Assembly: GCA_050250895.1 (NCBI GenBank)
Contig: JBFWNU010000001.1
Coordinates: 1,256,008 to 1,320,007, forward strand
DNA from: Vulcanimicrobiota bacterium
GTDB taxonomy: Bacteria; Vulcanimicrobiota; Xenobia; Xenobiales; JADMJV01
DNA: 64,000 bases
Direction of reading: 5' to 3'
Below the pieces are notes generated by a model. That model was given only the letters and a program-made list of their open reading frames with translations. It searched no databases and was not told the DNA's origin. Of the stretch, positions 47,456 to 59,627 are shown one piece after another (the stretch's first letter is position 1; each line of letters begins with the position of its first letter). Both the position numbers and the translations under genes were made by a program.

Positions 47456-47495
47456 GCAAGCGGCCGACCGCCCACCATCTGGGGAGATTCGCAGG

Positions 47496-48263
47496 GTGAA
47501 ACTTCTCCCACCGCTAACTGACGAAGACAAGATGCTCTCCGGGCTGTGCTACCCTCTCTGGCCCATTGCTCCTGCATTTATCCTGTGGAGCCCCAAGAAA
47601 GACGACCCGTTCCTGGTTTACCACGCCTACCAGGGACTCGGTTTCGGAGGCTTTGCCTCGGCTGCTACGGTGGTGGTCTTCGTGGTTCTGAGCTTGATGT
47701 TCCGTCTGTTGCCCGGCGGTTCGGTGCTGGTGCCGGGAATGCTCGGTATCCTCACCTTCGGCACCGGACTTCTGGCTTTTCTCGGGGTCTTTCTGGTGGC
47801 TCTCTTTCTGGGCTGGCGCGCGAGTGCCGGAGACATGTTCGGACTCCCGCTGGTGGGCGAGTGGGCCGAAGAGCGCATGGTGATGGCCAGCGGCAAGACC
47901 CGGCAAGAATTTCTCCAGGCGCTAGCAGAGCCCGAGGTCGATCGAACCCAGGTGGATGAGAAGCCCGAGCCCTACGATTCTTCGCTGGAGCGTCGCCCCT
48001 GGGAGGGGTTTCAGGCCGGACCAACGGTCGCCGAGCCTCTTTCTCAGGCTGCCCCGGTCCCGGTCGAGCCCCCTCGACCTCGTCATGACAGCGGCAGTTT
48101 TGGCGGGCGCAGCTTGAGCCCCAGTCAGCCCAGGCCCATCGCCACTCCGCCCAGTACGCCCGTGGATCCAGCTACGGTTCGAGCCTATCGGGCGCGGGGC
48201 GAACGCCCGCCCGACGAGAACAACCTCTTGCGTCAATGGCTGACGTCGACCGACGACGACTGA
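47496..48263 (+). CDS. DUF4870-like membrane protein with disordered tail
   Basis: LCY...FLVYHAYQG...LPLVG pattern. Confidence 0.7.
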   Translation: MKLLPPLTDEDKMLSGLCYPLWPIAPAFILWSPKKDDPFLVYHAYQGLGFGGFASAATVVVFVVLSLMFRLLPGGSVLVPGMLGILTFGTGLLAFLGVFLVALFLGWRASAGDMFGLPLVGEWAEERMVMASGKTRQEFLQALAEPEVDRTQVDEKPEPYDSSLERRPWEGFQAGPTVAEPLSQAAPVPVEPPRPRHDSGSFGGRSLSPSQPRPIATPPSTPVDPATVRAYRARGERPPDENNLLRQWLTSTDDD

Positions 48264-49162
48264 ATTCGTCGAGGAGTCTCGTCTTTTAGCTTGCGATCGG
48301 CGAAGTAGCATTTGGCCAGGCGCTCGCCGAGGGTGAACTGAAGATGCCTGGTGTCGAGGCGTTCCACCGGCAAGCTGGTGCTTAACATCGTCAGGTCGAG
48401 CATCGTGGCCCGCAGGCTAGACGGCAGCACGTCTCCGACTGCAAGCTCCCAGAACGCTTCCCACACGCGGCGCTTGAGTAGAGAGCGCAGGCGTCCGCGC
48501 CAGTGGTGGTATTCAGCCCCACTGAGATCGGGAAACTGCGCTTGCATGTCCCGTTGGGTCAGCCAGGGCTCGCGAGACAGGCAACGTAGAATTCGGCTCG
48601 TTCGCTCGCTCTCGCGCTCGCGCCGACAACCCGGGCACACGTCGTGGTGGGCTTCGCGGAAGCGCCCGCAAAGAGGGCAGGGCAAGCGGCCCCTGGCGAC
48701 CTCGAGCTTCTCGCGCCGCGACTGAGCGATCATGACCTTCTCGAGTTTTTCTCGCAGGGCCGGATCGTTCAGCCCGGCGGCCACGGCTTTGATCTCGGCC
48801 AGTCGGGCCGGCTCGAGTGTGACCCTCTCGAGGTTGGGCGAGGGCGGCTTGTCCTGGACCAGGCTCTTGGTCCGCTCGACCGAGCCCACCCGGCAGCGCA
48901 GGTCGCGCAAGGGGTTTTGACCGAGCTCTTTGGCCAGCCGCTCGAGGATGTCGCGCTGGCGCAGTTGCAACTCTTGAGCCCAGGCGGCCGCACTAACCCG
49001 CACGTAGAGGGTCGAGCCTTTGATGACCAGCGGTTGGCTCTGGCGAGCCAGCAACTCGCCTACCACCTTGGGCCAGGCCTGGTGGATGCGTTGTCCTCGA
49101 ATACCTTTAGCGGCGTTGAGGTCCTTGACGGTGCCCGATAGGAATCGCGACAGCTTCTCCAT
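48233..49162 (-). CDS. DUF721/DciA-family protein with Zn-ribbon
   Basis: WPKVVG...LYVRVSAAAWAQEL; CPLC/CPGC; downstream of recF. Confidence 0.8.
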   Translation of the reverse strand: MEKLSRFLSGTVKDLNAAKGIRGQRIHQAWPKVVGELLARQSQPLVIKGSTLYVRVSAAAWAQELQLRQRDILERLAKELGQNPLRDLRCRVGSVERTKSLVQDKPPSPNLERVTLEPARLAEIKAVAAGLNDPALREKLEKVMIAQSRREKLEVARGRLPCPLCGRFREAHHDVCPGCRRERESERTSRILRCLSREPWLTQRDMQAQFPDLSGAEYHHWRGRLRSLLKRRVWEAFWELAVGDVLPSSLRATMLDLTMLSTSLPVERLDTRHLQFTLGERLAKCYFADRKLKDETPRRIQSSSVDVSH

Positions 49163-49166
49163 GGGT

Positions 49167-50258
49167 TCAGTTTTCGGCCTGGCTGTCGATTCTTCCCTGC
49201 TCGACGGTGAGGGTGTGGGCCTTTTGGGGTAGGTTCAGCGGACTGGCCGAGGTCACGAAGACCTGGGGGTAGTGACTGAGCAACTCGAGCAGGCGCGTCT
49301 GGCGTCCGGGGTCTAGTTCAGAGAAGCAGTCGTCGAGCAGCACGATGGCCTTTTCATGGCCAAGCTCGCTGAGCAGGTGGGCTTCGCTCAAGCGCATGGC
49401 CAGGGCGGCGGTGCGTTGCTGGCCCTGCGAGCCGAAGCGGCGTAGTTCGCGCCCGCCCAGATGCAGGCTCAGGTCGTCGCGGTGGGGGCCCACCAGCGTT
49501 CGGCGCTGGCGCAACTCGGCACGCCGGGTTGCGACCAGGCGGGCGGCGAATTCCTCGGCTTCAACCGGAGCCCCGGGCAGGTAGCCACAGGTTAGGTCGG
49601 CTTCTTCGGCCGCCAGGGCCCGATAGAAATAGGTGAGTTGGTCAGCCAGGTGCAGGCTCAGTTGTTGGCGTCGTTCGATGAGTCGAGTGCCGAGTTCGAT
49701 CAACAGCGAGTCCCAGGGGGCGAGTTCCTCGGCACGGGGGTTGCCCTCCCGTAGCAACTGGTTGCGCTGGGCTAGCGCCTTCTGATAGTTGGCCAGGTTG
49801 GAGAGGTAGGCGGGGTAGAGTTTGCACAGCAGCAGGTTCAGGTAGCGCCGTCTCCCCGACGGGCTGCCCCCTACCAGAGCCAGATCCTCGGGGGTGAACA
49901 GGGCTACCGGCAGCTCTCCCAGGAAGTCGGCCAGGCGCACGATAGGTCGGCCCATCAAAAGGGCTGTTTTCTTGACGCCGCGACCACTTTTCTTCCAGCG
50001 TACCTCTAGCCGGCGCTTGCGACCCGAATCGCGCTCGAGCACGGCCACGATCGAGCCTTCACTCTGGCCCCAACGGATGAGTTCCGCCTCGGTCTGAGCT
50101 CGGAAGGAGCGTGCGCTGGCCAGCACGTAAATGGCTTCGAGGAACGCGGTTTTGCCCTGGGCATTGCGTCCGGTCAAGACGGTCAAGCCCTCCCCGGCGC
50201 AGAGCCGCAATTGCTCGTACAGCCGAAAATTTGTGAGCTCCAGGCTGCTTAGCCGCAC
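49167..50258 (-). CDS. recF: DNA replication/repair protein RecF
   Basis: NFR, GRNAQGKT, GPHRDD, SQGQQR, LLDD.FSELD. Confidence 0.95.
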   Translation of the reverse strand: MRLSSLELTNFRLYEQLRLCAGEGLTVLTGRNAQGKTAFLEAIYVLASARSFRAQTEAELIRWGQSEGSIVAVLERDSGRKRRLEVRWKKSGRGVKKTALLMGRPIVRLADFLGELPVALFTPEDLALVGGSPSGRRRYLNLLLCKLYPAYLSNLANYQKALAQRNQLLREGNPRAEELAPWDSLLIELGTRLIERRQQLSLHLADQLTYFYRALAAEEADLTCGYLPGAPVEAEEFAARLVATRRAELRQRRTLVGPHRDDLSLHLGGRELRRFGSQGQQRTAALAMRLSEAHLLSELGHEKAIVLLDDCFSELDPGRQTRLLELLSHYPQVFVTSASPLNLPQKAHTLTVEQGRIDSQAEN

Positions 50259-50305
50259 CCGGCCTGTTTCGGTGGTTGGCGGGCTTGCCCTTCGGGAGGA
50301 AGACC

Positions 50306-51460
50306 TTGCGTATCGCGATGGTGTCGGATTGCTATCACCCGGTGATCAACGGAGTTGTGACTTCGGTGAGTTGCCTGGTGAAGGCCCTCGAGGTCCAGGG
50401 TCTCGAGGTCGAGCTGTTTGTGCCCGATGACCATCGCCCCTACCAGGACGAGGGGGTGATTCATCGGTTTGCCTCGGCTCCCTTCTGGTTGCACAAAGAG
50501 GAGAGATTCACTTATCCGTGGCCGCCAGCAGCCGTCAGGCCCCTGTGGACGGGCAGGTTCGATCTGGTCCATATCCATACGCCCTTCAATCTGGGCGGGT
50601 TGGCTGGCGCGGTGGCGGCGGTGCGGGGGTTGCCCAGGGTTTTCACTCACCACACCCTGTGGGAGGAGTATAGCCATTATTTGCCTTTGCCGCAGCGATG
50701 GGTCAAGCCGCTGGCGGTCTGGATCTGTCGCACCATGTGCCAGGTCTCGCAGAGGGTGGTGGCCCCCAGCCGTGAGGTGCGCGAACGGCTGCGTGCCCAG
50801 CAAGTTACCCGGCCCATTGACGTCATTCCCACCGGCATCGACCCCGACGTCTTTCGTGGGGGTGACCCGAGCCTGGCGGAATCGTGGCTGGGTCTTGAAT
50901 CGGGCCAGGCCTTGTTCCTGCATATCGGGCGGGTGGCACGAGAGAAGTCGATCGAGGTGGTGTTGCGCTGTTTTGCCGAGGCCAGTCGCCAGCGTCCGGG
51001 GTTGAAGCTCGCGGTGGTGGGAGATGGGCCTGCGCGGGCCGAGATGGAGGCGTTGGCGGGCTCGCTGGAAGCAGACATCACCTTTCTGGGTTTTCGTCCC
51101 CGCAACGAACTGAAGCACCTGATGGCCCGGGCTCGGGGGTTGCTCTTTGCTTCTCAGACCGAGACCCAGGGGTTGGTGTTGCTCGAAGCTCAGGCGGCCG
51201 GAGTGCCGGTGGTGGCCGTGGCCGCTTCCGGGACCAGCGAGGGGGTCGACCCGGGCCGTTCCGGACTACTGCTCGAGCCGGGAGACGAAAGAAGTTTCGT
51301 GGGGGCCATTTTACGACTGCTGGACGATGCAAAATTCTTCCAGGAATTAAGCCGAAATGCTCGCCTTTTTGCTCAGGAATTTTCTTCAAGTTCAATGGCT
51401 GAGAAAATGGTGCGCTGCTATTCTCTTGCCATCGCGCAAAAGGGCCAAAAACACCCGTAA
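50306..51460 (+). CDS. GT4 glycosyltransferase (glycolipid synthase-like)
   Basis: GGAGGA RBS then TTG; DCYHP.INGV, HIHTPF, GRVAREK, ETQGLVLLEA. Confidence 0.87.
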   Translation: MRIAMVSDCYHPVINGVVTSVSCLVKALEVQGLEVELFVPDDHRPYQDEGVIHRFASAPFWLHKEERFTYPWPPAAVRPLWTGRFDLVHIHTPFNLGGLAGAVAAVRGLPRVFTHHTLWEEYSHYLPLPQRWVKPLAVWICRTMCQVSQRVVAPSREVRERLRAQQVTRPIDVIPTGIDPDVFRGGDPSLAESWLGLESGQALFLHIGRVAREKSIEVVLRCFAEASRQRPGLKLAVVGDGPARAEMEALAGSLEADITFLGFRPRNELKHLMARARGLLFASQTETQGLVLLEAQAAGVPVVAVAASGTSEGVDPGRSGLLLEPGDERSFVGAILRLLDDAKFFQELSRNARLFAQEFSSSSMAEKMVRCYSLAIAQKGQKHP

Positions 51461-51511
51461 AAACAGCGTTTTTTGCAGGAGTTCCCAGGGCCGACTGAGA
51501 ACCTCGGATAG

Positions 51512-53593
<2,082 letters not shown>

Positions 53594-53602
53594 GAGCCTG
53601 GT

Positions 53603-56167
53603 ATGCCGATCGAGGATAGGGAACTCAAGCTAACTCCCATTGTCAACGAGATGAAAGACGCCTACATGGATTATGCCATGAGCGTCATCGTCTCGCGCGC
53701 CCTGCCGGATGTGCGAGATGGGTTAAAGCCCGTCCATCGGCGCATTCTCTACACCATGCGCGAAGAGAATATCACCCCCGATCGGCCCTTCAAGAAGTCG
53801 GCCTCGACCGTGGGCAACGTGATCGCGCGCTACCACCCTCACGGTGACATGGCAGTCTACGATGCCATGGTGCGTATGGCCCAGGACTTCAACATGCGCT
53901 ACCTGCTGGTGCAGGGTCACGGTAACTTTGGCTCGATCGACGGCGACTCGGCGGCTGCCCATCGCTACACCGAATCGCGGCTGTCCCGCATCTCGATGGC
54001 CTTGCTCGATGACCTCGACAAAGATACCGTTGACTGGCGTCCAAACTTCGACGCCTCGACCGAAGAACCGACCGTGTTGCCGGCCAAGGTGCCAGCCCTG
54101 TTGCTCAATGGGTCTGACGGCATTGCGGTGGGCATGGCCACCAAGATTCCTCCGCATAACCTGACCGAGGTGGTCGATGCCCTGCTGGCTTTGCTCGAGA
54201 ACGAAGAGTTGACGGTCGACGAGTTGATGAGGTTCATCCCCGGGCCGGACTTCCCCACCGGGGCTCAGATCCTGGGCCAGCAGGGTATTCGCGAGGCCTA
54301 TCGCACCGGGCGTGGCTCGATCGTCATGCGAGCCTGCATCGAGACCGAAGACCGACCCCGCGACCGCCAGGCGTTGATCGTGACCGAGATTCCTTATCAG
54401 GTCAACAAGTCTCGCCTGCTCGAGAAGATCGCCCAGAATATCCGCGAGAAACGCATCGAAGGCATCTCGGACCTGCGCGACGAGTCCGACCGCCGCGGCA
54501 TGCGCATCGTGATGGAACTCTCTTCGGGGGCCCATCCCGAAGTGGTGATGAACCAGCTTTACAAACATAGCGAGTTGCAGAGCAACTATGGCGCCAACAT
54601 GGTGGCTCTCATCAACGGCGTGCCCCGGGTGCTCGACCTGCGCACGATCTTGCTCGAGTTTCTCAAGCATCGGCGTGAAGTGGTTACCCGGCGTTCGCGC
54701 TACTTGCTCGACAAGGCCGAAAAACGGGCCCACATCGTCGAGGGTTTGCTCAAGGCCCTCGACCACATCGATGAAATCATCAAGCTCATTCGAGCCTCGG
54801 CCGACGCTAATATCGCTCGCGACGGTTTGATGAGCGAGTTCGGCTTTTCTGAGCCCCAGGCTCAGGCCATTCTAGACATGCGCCTGCAGCGTCTGACCGG
54901 TCTCGAGCGCGAGAAGCTCGATTCTGAGTATGCCCAGCTGCAAGAGACCATCCAGTACCTGCGGGGGCTCTTGGATGACCCCAAGAAACTCGATGGCGTC
55001 ATCAAAGACGAACTCGACGAAATCAAAGCCCAGTTCGGCGACGAGCGACGCAGCGAGATCGTGCCCTACGTGTTTGGCGATTTCAACATCGAGGATCTGA
55101 TTGCCGAAGAGCGGATGGTGGTGACCATTTCTGGCTCCGGCTACATCAAACGTGTGCCCTTCGACACTTACAAGAGTCAGAAGCGCGGCGGTCGGGGCGT
55201 CTCCGGTACGGGTCTCAAAGATGAAGACTACCTCGAGCACCTGTTTGTGACCAGCACCCACCATTTCTTGCTGTTCTTTACCACCAAGGCTCGGGTCTTC
55301 AAGATGAAGGTGCATCAGATCGCCGAGTACTCGCGGACGGCACGAGGGGTCGCTCTGGTCAACTTGCTCCAGGTCGATCAAGACGAAGGCGTGGCCGCTA
55401 TCATTCCCGTGCGCAGCTTCGAAGAGGGTGGATTCATCGTCACCTGCACCCGCTCTGGGATCGTCAAGCGCACCGAGCTCGAGGCTTATTCGAACATCAA
55501 CACCTCGGGCATCATCGCCCTTAACCTGCGCGAGGGCGATGAGTTGGTGAGCGTGCGGCTGTCTCCGGGCGATGAAGAGTTGATCGTGGTCACCAAGCAA
55601 GGCATGTCGATTCGCTTCACCGAAGAAGAGGTGCGCTCTATGGGACGCACCGCCACCGGCGTGAAAGGCATCAGGCTGCGCGAAGACGACGTGGTGGTCA
55701 GCATGGACTCGGCTCGCGACGGCACCGACCTGCTCATCGTGACCGAGACCGGTTATGGAAAGCGCACTCCCCTCGACCAGTACCCGCTCCAGGGTCGCGG
55801 CGGCCAGGGGGTCAAGACGCTGCAGCAAACCGAGAAGACCGGCACCGTGGTGGGAGCCCGCGTGGTTTCAGAAGAGCACGAGTTGATGGTTTCGACCCAT
55901 CAGGGCACCCTGATTCGCACGCCGGTCCGCGATATCTCGCAGATTGGCCGCAACACCCAGGGCGTTCGCATCATCCGTTTGGGCGAGCATGATGTGGTCA
56001 CGGCCATCGCTCGCATCGTGCCCGAAGAAGACGACGAAGAGGGCGAAGAGTTCGAAGGCGAACTGGCCGAGGACGGGCTCGATGAGGGGGTCCAAGCCGA
56101 AGAGGAACCGAACGAAGACGAGGAGTTGGGCGAGAGCGCCGGCTCTGAAGAAGAGACCGAAGAATAG
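53603..56167 (+). CDS. gyrA: DNA gyrase subunit A
   Basis: [19 protein letters not shown], GyrA-box QKRGGRG, acidic tail. Confidence 0.97.
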   Translation: MPIEDRELKLTPIVNEMKDAYMDYAMSVIVSRALPDVRDGLKPVHRRILYTMREENITPDRPFKKSASTVGNVIARYHPHGDMAVYDAMVRMAQDFNMRYLLVQGHGNFGSIDGDSAAAHRYTESRLSRISMALLDDLDKDTVDWRPNFDASTEEPTVLPAKVPALLLNGSDGIAVGMATKIPPHNLTEVVDALLALLENEELTVDELMRFIPGPDFPTGAQILGQQGIREAYRTGRGSIVMRACIETEDRPRDRQALIVTEIPYQVNKSRLLEKIAQNIREKRIEGISDLRDESDRRGMRIVMELSSGAHPEVVMNQLYKHSELQSNYGANMVALINGVPRVLDLRTILLEFLKHRREVVTRRSRYLLDKAEKRAHIVEGLLKALDHIDEIIKLIRASADANIARDGLMSEFGFSEPQAQAILDMRLQRLTGLEREKLDSEYAQLQETIQYLRGLLDDPKKLDGVIKDELDEIKAQFGDERRSEIVPYVFGDFNIEDLIAEERMVVTISGSGYIKRVPFDTYKSQKRGGRGVSGTGLKDEDYLEHLFVTSTHHFLLFFTTKARVFKMKVHQIAEYSRTARGVALVNLLQVDQDEGVAAIIPVRSFEEGGFIVTCTRSGIVKRTELEAYSNINTSGIIALNLREGDELVSVRLSPGDEELIVVTKQGMSIRFTEEEVRSMGRTATGVKGIRLREDDVVVSMDSARDGTDLLIVTETGYGKRTPLDQYPLQGRGGQGVKTLQQTEKTGTVVGARVVSEEHELMVSTHQGTLIRTPVRDISQIGRNTQGVRIIRLGEHDVVTAIARIVPEEDDEEGEEFEGELAEDGLDEGVQAEEEPNEDEELGESAGSEEETEE

Positions 56168-56224
56168 TCGAGCTTTGTCGATCAGGGCGGCGCTCGTTCG
56201 ACCCATCGGTGAAAGGAGTTTCCG

Positions 56225-56848
56225 ATGAAGCTTTATGGAACCCCTCCGACTCGGGTCATCCGGGTCTTATGGCTGCTCAACGAACTCGGTCTTGAATGCG
56301 AGATGGTGCCCGTCGACCTTCGCGCCGGCGAGCATCGCACCGACCGCTTTCTGGCCATCAATCCTGCCGGCAAAGTGCCGGTGCTGGTGGATGGCGAGGT
56401 GGTCTTGACCGAATCGGCGGCCATCGCGCTCTATCTGGCCGAGAAATGTCCCGACCAGGGTCTGATTCCTCAAAATCTGGGCCTGCGCGCCCAGATGTAC
56501 CGCTGGATCTTCTTCCTGGTCACCGAGATCGAGCAGCCACTCTGGCGGATGGCCCGCCATTCTTCGATCTACCCCGAAGAGCAACGGCTGCCCGCTGACG
56601 TCAAACTAGCCGCCAGCGAGTGCAAGCAGATGGCGGCCGTGCTCGAAGAGCACATGCGAGGACGTGAGTTCCTGGTGGGCGACGGCTTGACGGTGGCCGA
56701 TCTCTTGGCTGCCTATACACTGGACTGGGCCGGCCAGGTCAAGCTTCTCGAGCAGTGCCCGAATCTCAAGGCCTTCGTCGCTAGAATGTACGCCCGACCG
56801 ACGGCCCCGCCCACCATTGCTGAGGCCTTCGCTGCTCTGCAGAGCTAG
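56225..56848 (+). CDS. Glutathione S-transferase family protein
   Basis: INPAGKVPVL, ESAAI, LTVAD. Confidence 0.9.
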   Translation: MKLYGTPPTRVIRVLWLLNELGLECEMVPVDLRAGEHRTDRFLAINPAGKVPVLVDGEVVLTESAAIALYLAEKCPDQGLIPQNLGLRAQMYRWIFFLVTEIEQPLWRMARHSSIYPEEQRLPADVKLAASECKQMAAVLEEHMRGREFLVGDGLTVADLLAAYTLDWAGQVKLLEQCPNLKAFVARMYARPTAPPTIAEAFAALQS

Positions 56849-56851
56849 AGG

Positions 56852-57331
56852 CTAGGCGAGTTCCAGGGTGGCGCGCACCAGGCCCAGCGCCAACGTCGAG
56901 AGGCCGCCAGCGGCCGGAGCGGCCAACGAGAGGGCCGAGGCGGCCGCGATGCCCAGGTCGAGCGCGCCGACGACTTTGAGGTGCTGGTTGTTCTCGCGCA
57001 AGCCGCGTTCTAGTTCGAAGCCGCCTCGAACCAGGTGGACCCCAGTCGAGGCGATGGCTAAGAGCGGGGTCAATTGGCGCCAGGTCGTGCCGGGTTGGAA
57101 GTGGCGGGTGAAGTCGGGATTGACGTGAACGCCACCCGGGTTGATGGTCACCCCGCCTGGAGGAAAGGCGTCGGAATAAGCCGCCAGGCCCGCGAGGGCC
57201 CCGGCGGCGGGCCCGAAGGTATAGGCGGGTAACGCCATGGCCTTATCCCACAGGAAGGGTTCATCTTGCTTGGGCTGGGACGGTCGGGGGGGCGAAAAGA
57301 CAGGGCTAGGGCGCAGCGTTTGGATCCTCAT
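56852..57331 (-). CDS. Hypothetical membrane-associated protein
   Basis: Pro-rich N-terminus then Gly/Ala-rich hydrophobic helices. Confidence 0.6.
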   Translation of the reverse strand: MRIQTLRPSPVFSPPRPSQPKQDEPFLWDKAMALPAYTFGPAAGALAGLAAYSDAFPPGGVTINPGGVHVNPDFTRHFQPGTTWRQLTPLLAIASTGVHLVRGGFELERGLRENNQHLKVVGALDLGIAAASALSLAAPAAGGLSTLALGLVRATLELA

Positions 57332-57383
57332 AGCCCGATTCATAGCCGATGGGGTTAATCGGGATGTGTCCCGGAGGTTAACT

Positions 57384-57866
57384 TCAAAACGGCAGGTGCC
57401 GCCGCCAGGCGACCCGGCGCTGGATCCGACGGCTGATGCGTCCGAGTTGATGGAGCACCTGCTCAGGGTTGAAAAAGCTCTCAGGGGGCATTTCCTGGTC
57501 GACGAGCACCACTAGACGATCTCCCCGGGCGGCCTTTTTTAGGCCCGGGCGGTCGGTGGTGGTGGCCTGGTGGCTGTCCCACAGCACCAACACGGCCCTG
57601 GGGTTCCACCCCTCACGGTCACAGACTTGCAGGGCGGCCTCGAGTTTGCCGGCGCTGGCGGTTTGCGACGCCAACACCAGCAGCAGCGCTTCTTCGCCAG
57701 ATAGGGGAGCCACCCCCATCAGTTCGCCCTGAAGCTCTTGGCCCGTGGCTGGACCGAGATAGAGCACCAGCGAATCCGAGCCGACCACGCGCAGGCGATA
57801 ACCCCGCTGCAGTTCCCAATGGTCGCTCGGGCCATCCGCCTGCCGGGGATGGTTCAGGTAGTGCAA
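57384..57866 (-). CDS. Hypothetical protein (start uncertain)
   Basis: Open frame directly after the dehydratase gene. Confidence 0.5.
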   Translation of the reverse strand: MHYLNHPRQADGPSDHWELQRGYRLRVVGSDSLVLYLGPATGQELQGELMGVAPLSGEEALLLVLASQTASAGKLEAALQVCDREGWNPRAVLVLWDSHQATTTDRPGLKKAARGDRLVVLVDQEMPPESFFNPEQVLHQLGRISRRIQRRVAWRRHLPF

Positions 57867-57882
57867 GACCAGCCGGGGGCGA

Positions 57883-58923
57883 TCAGTGATATTCCACCTT
57901 GCCGCTGGCGGTGCGGATCGGGACCTGGCGTAGCCACAGCGACTTTTGCCACCATTTCGGGTTGTCTTGATACCACTGGATGGTTTTGCGCAGGCCTTCT
58001 TCGAAGTCGGTGTCGGCCGACCAGTCGAGCAGTTTCTTGGCCTTGTCCACCGATGAGGTGTGGCGGAAGACCTGACCCGGGCGGTCGCCAACAAAGGTAA
58101 TGTTCGAGGCCGCTCCGGTCAGTTCTTTGATCTTCTCGGCGATCTCGAGCACGCTGATGGAGCGAGCGGTGCCCAGGTTGATCACCTCGCCCTTGACGGT
58201 GTCGATGGGTGCGTGCAGGGCCTTGTCCAAAGCTCGACAGTGGTCCTCGACATAGAGCCAGTCGCGCATGGCCTCACCCTTGCCGTGGACGGTCATGGGC
58301 TCGCCCAGGATGCACGAGGTGATAAAGCGTGGCACCACCTTCTCGAGGTGCTGATAGGGGCCATAGTTGTTAAAGGGCCGGATGATGACCAACGGCAGGT
58401 CGTAGGTGGCCCAGTAGCTATAGACCAGGCGGTCGGCGCCGGCTTTGGCGCTGGCATAGGGGCTCATGGGCTTGAGCGGGTGCTCTTCGTCCATCACCTC
58501 GGCGTCGGCTGTGCCATACACCTCCGAGGTCGAGATGTGAATCATACGTTCGATTCGGTCGCGGTGTTTGAGGACCGCGTTCGAAACCACCTGGGTGCCC
58601 ATGACGTCGGTTTCGAAGAAGATCCAGTTGTCGTAGATCGAGCGCGTGACGTGACTTTCGGCGGCGAAGTGAACCACCATGTCGCTCTGCGAAACGAGCG
58701 TGTCGACCAGCTCGCCATTGCGCACGTTTCCATACCAGAACACCAGGCGGGCGTTGCCGTTGGCCGGGTGGTCCAGCATCTCGCGAGGCAGGTTATCCAT
58801 GTTGCCGGCATAGGTGAGCAAGTCCAGAACCACCACTCGATAGTCGGGATATTTGTCGAGCAGATAGCGCACGAAGTTGCTACCGATGAATCCCGCCCCG
58901 CCGGTCACTAGAATCGTCTTCAT
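57883..58923 (-). CDS. rfbB: dTDP-glucose 4,6-dehydratase-like extended SDR
   Basis: TGGAGFIGSN, LTYAGN, AAESHV, YASAK, NNYGPYQH.EK. Confidence 0.82.
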   Translation of the reverse strand: MKTILVTGGAGFIGSNFVRYLLDKYPDYRVVVLDLLTYAGNMDNLPREMLDHPANGNARLVFWYGNVRNGELVDTLVSQSDMVVHFAAESHVTRSIYDNWIFFETDVMGTQVVSNAVLKHRDRIERMIHISTSEVYGTADAEVMDEEHPLKPMSPYASAKAGADRLVYSYWATYDLPLVIIRPFNNYGPYQHLEKVVPRFITSCILGEPMTVHGKGEAMRDWLYVEDHCRALDKALHAPIDTVKGEVINLGTARSISVLEIAEKIKELTGAASNITFVGDRPGQVFRHTSSVDKAKKLLDWSADTDFEEGLRKTIQWYQDNPKWWQKSLWLRQVPIRTASGKVEYH

Positions 58924-58934
58924 GATTTACTCCT

Positions 58935-59627
58935 TCATTTTGCCCCGCAGGTCAGGACCTGACGGCTCTCAGGGCCGTGGTTGAACATCAGGTCAACCAC
59001 CGACAAGTAGGGCTCGAACTCCCCAAATTTCTGGCGATACCGGGGGTGCTCGTAGTTGTGCCAATGCACTTTCACACCCGCCGTTTCGAAGCTCGCCTCG
59101 TCGAGATAGTCACGAGCGGCATCGCCTGTCAGATAGTCGGTGACCCCAAATTTCTGGCAGATTCCCACAAGCCTCTCTGTCTTCCTCCCCGGAATCCCCA
59201 GGGTCGAGGAAAGCTCGACTTTCCAGGGCATTCCCAGCAGTTGGGTCAGGGTCTTCAAGACGGCCAGATTGAGATCGAGGAGCTTTTCCCAGGGCTGCGA
59301 GAGCACCGCCTCGAGGGGGGGAAAGACCTGCTCGAAGAACGGGGTCTTCGAATAGGCCTGACGCAGGCTGGCCAAATGCTTCTTGGGCCAGGGCTGGTCG
59401 TTGTTGATCAGCACCTGGTTGTTGTCGGGTTTAGCTCGCCCTTTCGTGAGCACCGGCACCGTCAGCCAGCTCACTCCATTGGGCGTCTTGATGCGGTTGC
59501 GATTCCGCCAGCCGTGTTTGTCGAATTGGACATCGTCGTAAAGCACGAACACGTCGGCCCAGTCGTACTGATCGAGGTATCCGAGCCAGGGCAAATAACT
59601 CGGTTGAAGGACCACCAGCCGTTTCAT
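58935..59627 (-). CDS. WbqC-like family protein
   Basis: QPSYLPWLGY, DDVQF, NRNRI, LSVVDLMFN. Confidence 0.9.
   Translation of the reverse strand: MKRLVVLQPSYLPWLGYLDQYDWADVFVLYDDVQFDKHGWRNRNRIKTPNGVSWLTVPVLTKGRAKPDNNQVLINNDQPWPKKHLASLRQAYSKTPFFEQVFPPLEAVLSQPWEKLLDLNLAVLKTLTQLLGMPWKVELSSTLGIPGRKTERLVGICQKFGVTDYLTGDAARDYLDEASFETAGVKVHWHNYEHPRYRQKFGEFEPYLSVVDLMFNHGPESRQVLTCGAK

Noticed and set aside
53603-56167. GyrA intein or ParC identity
   Set aside because: Normal length, no insertion after the catalytic Tyr, GyrA-box present
57353-57382. Possible sigma-28 promoter for the 56852 gene
   Set aside because: CCCGATTA with 14-nt spacer and several mismatches; too weak to call
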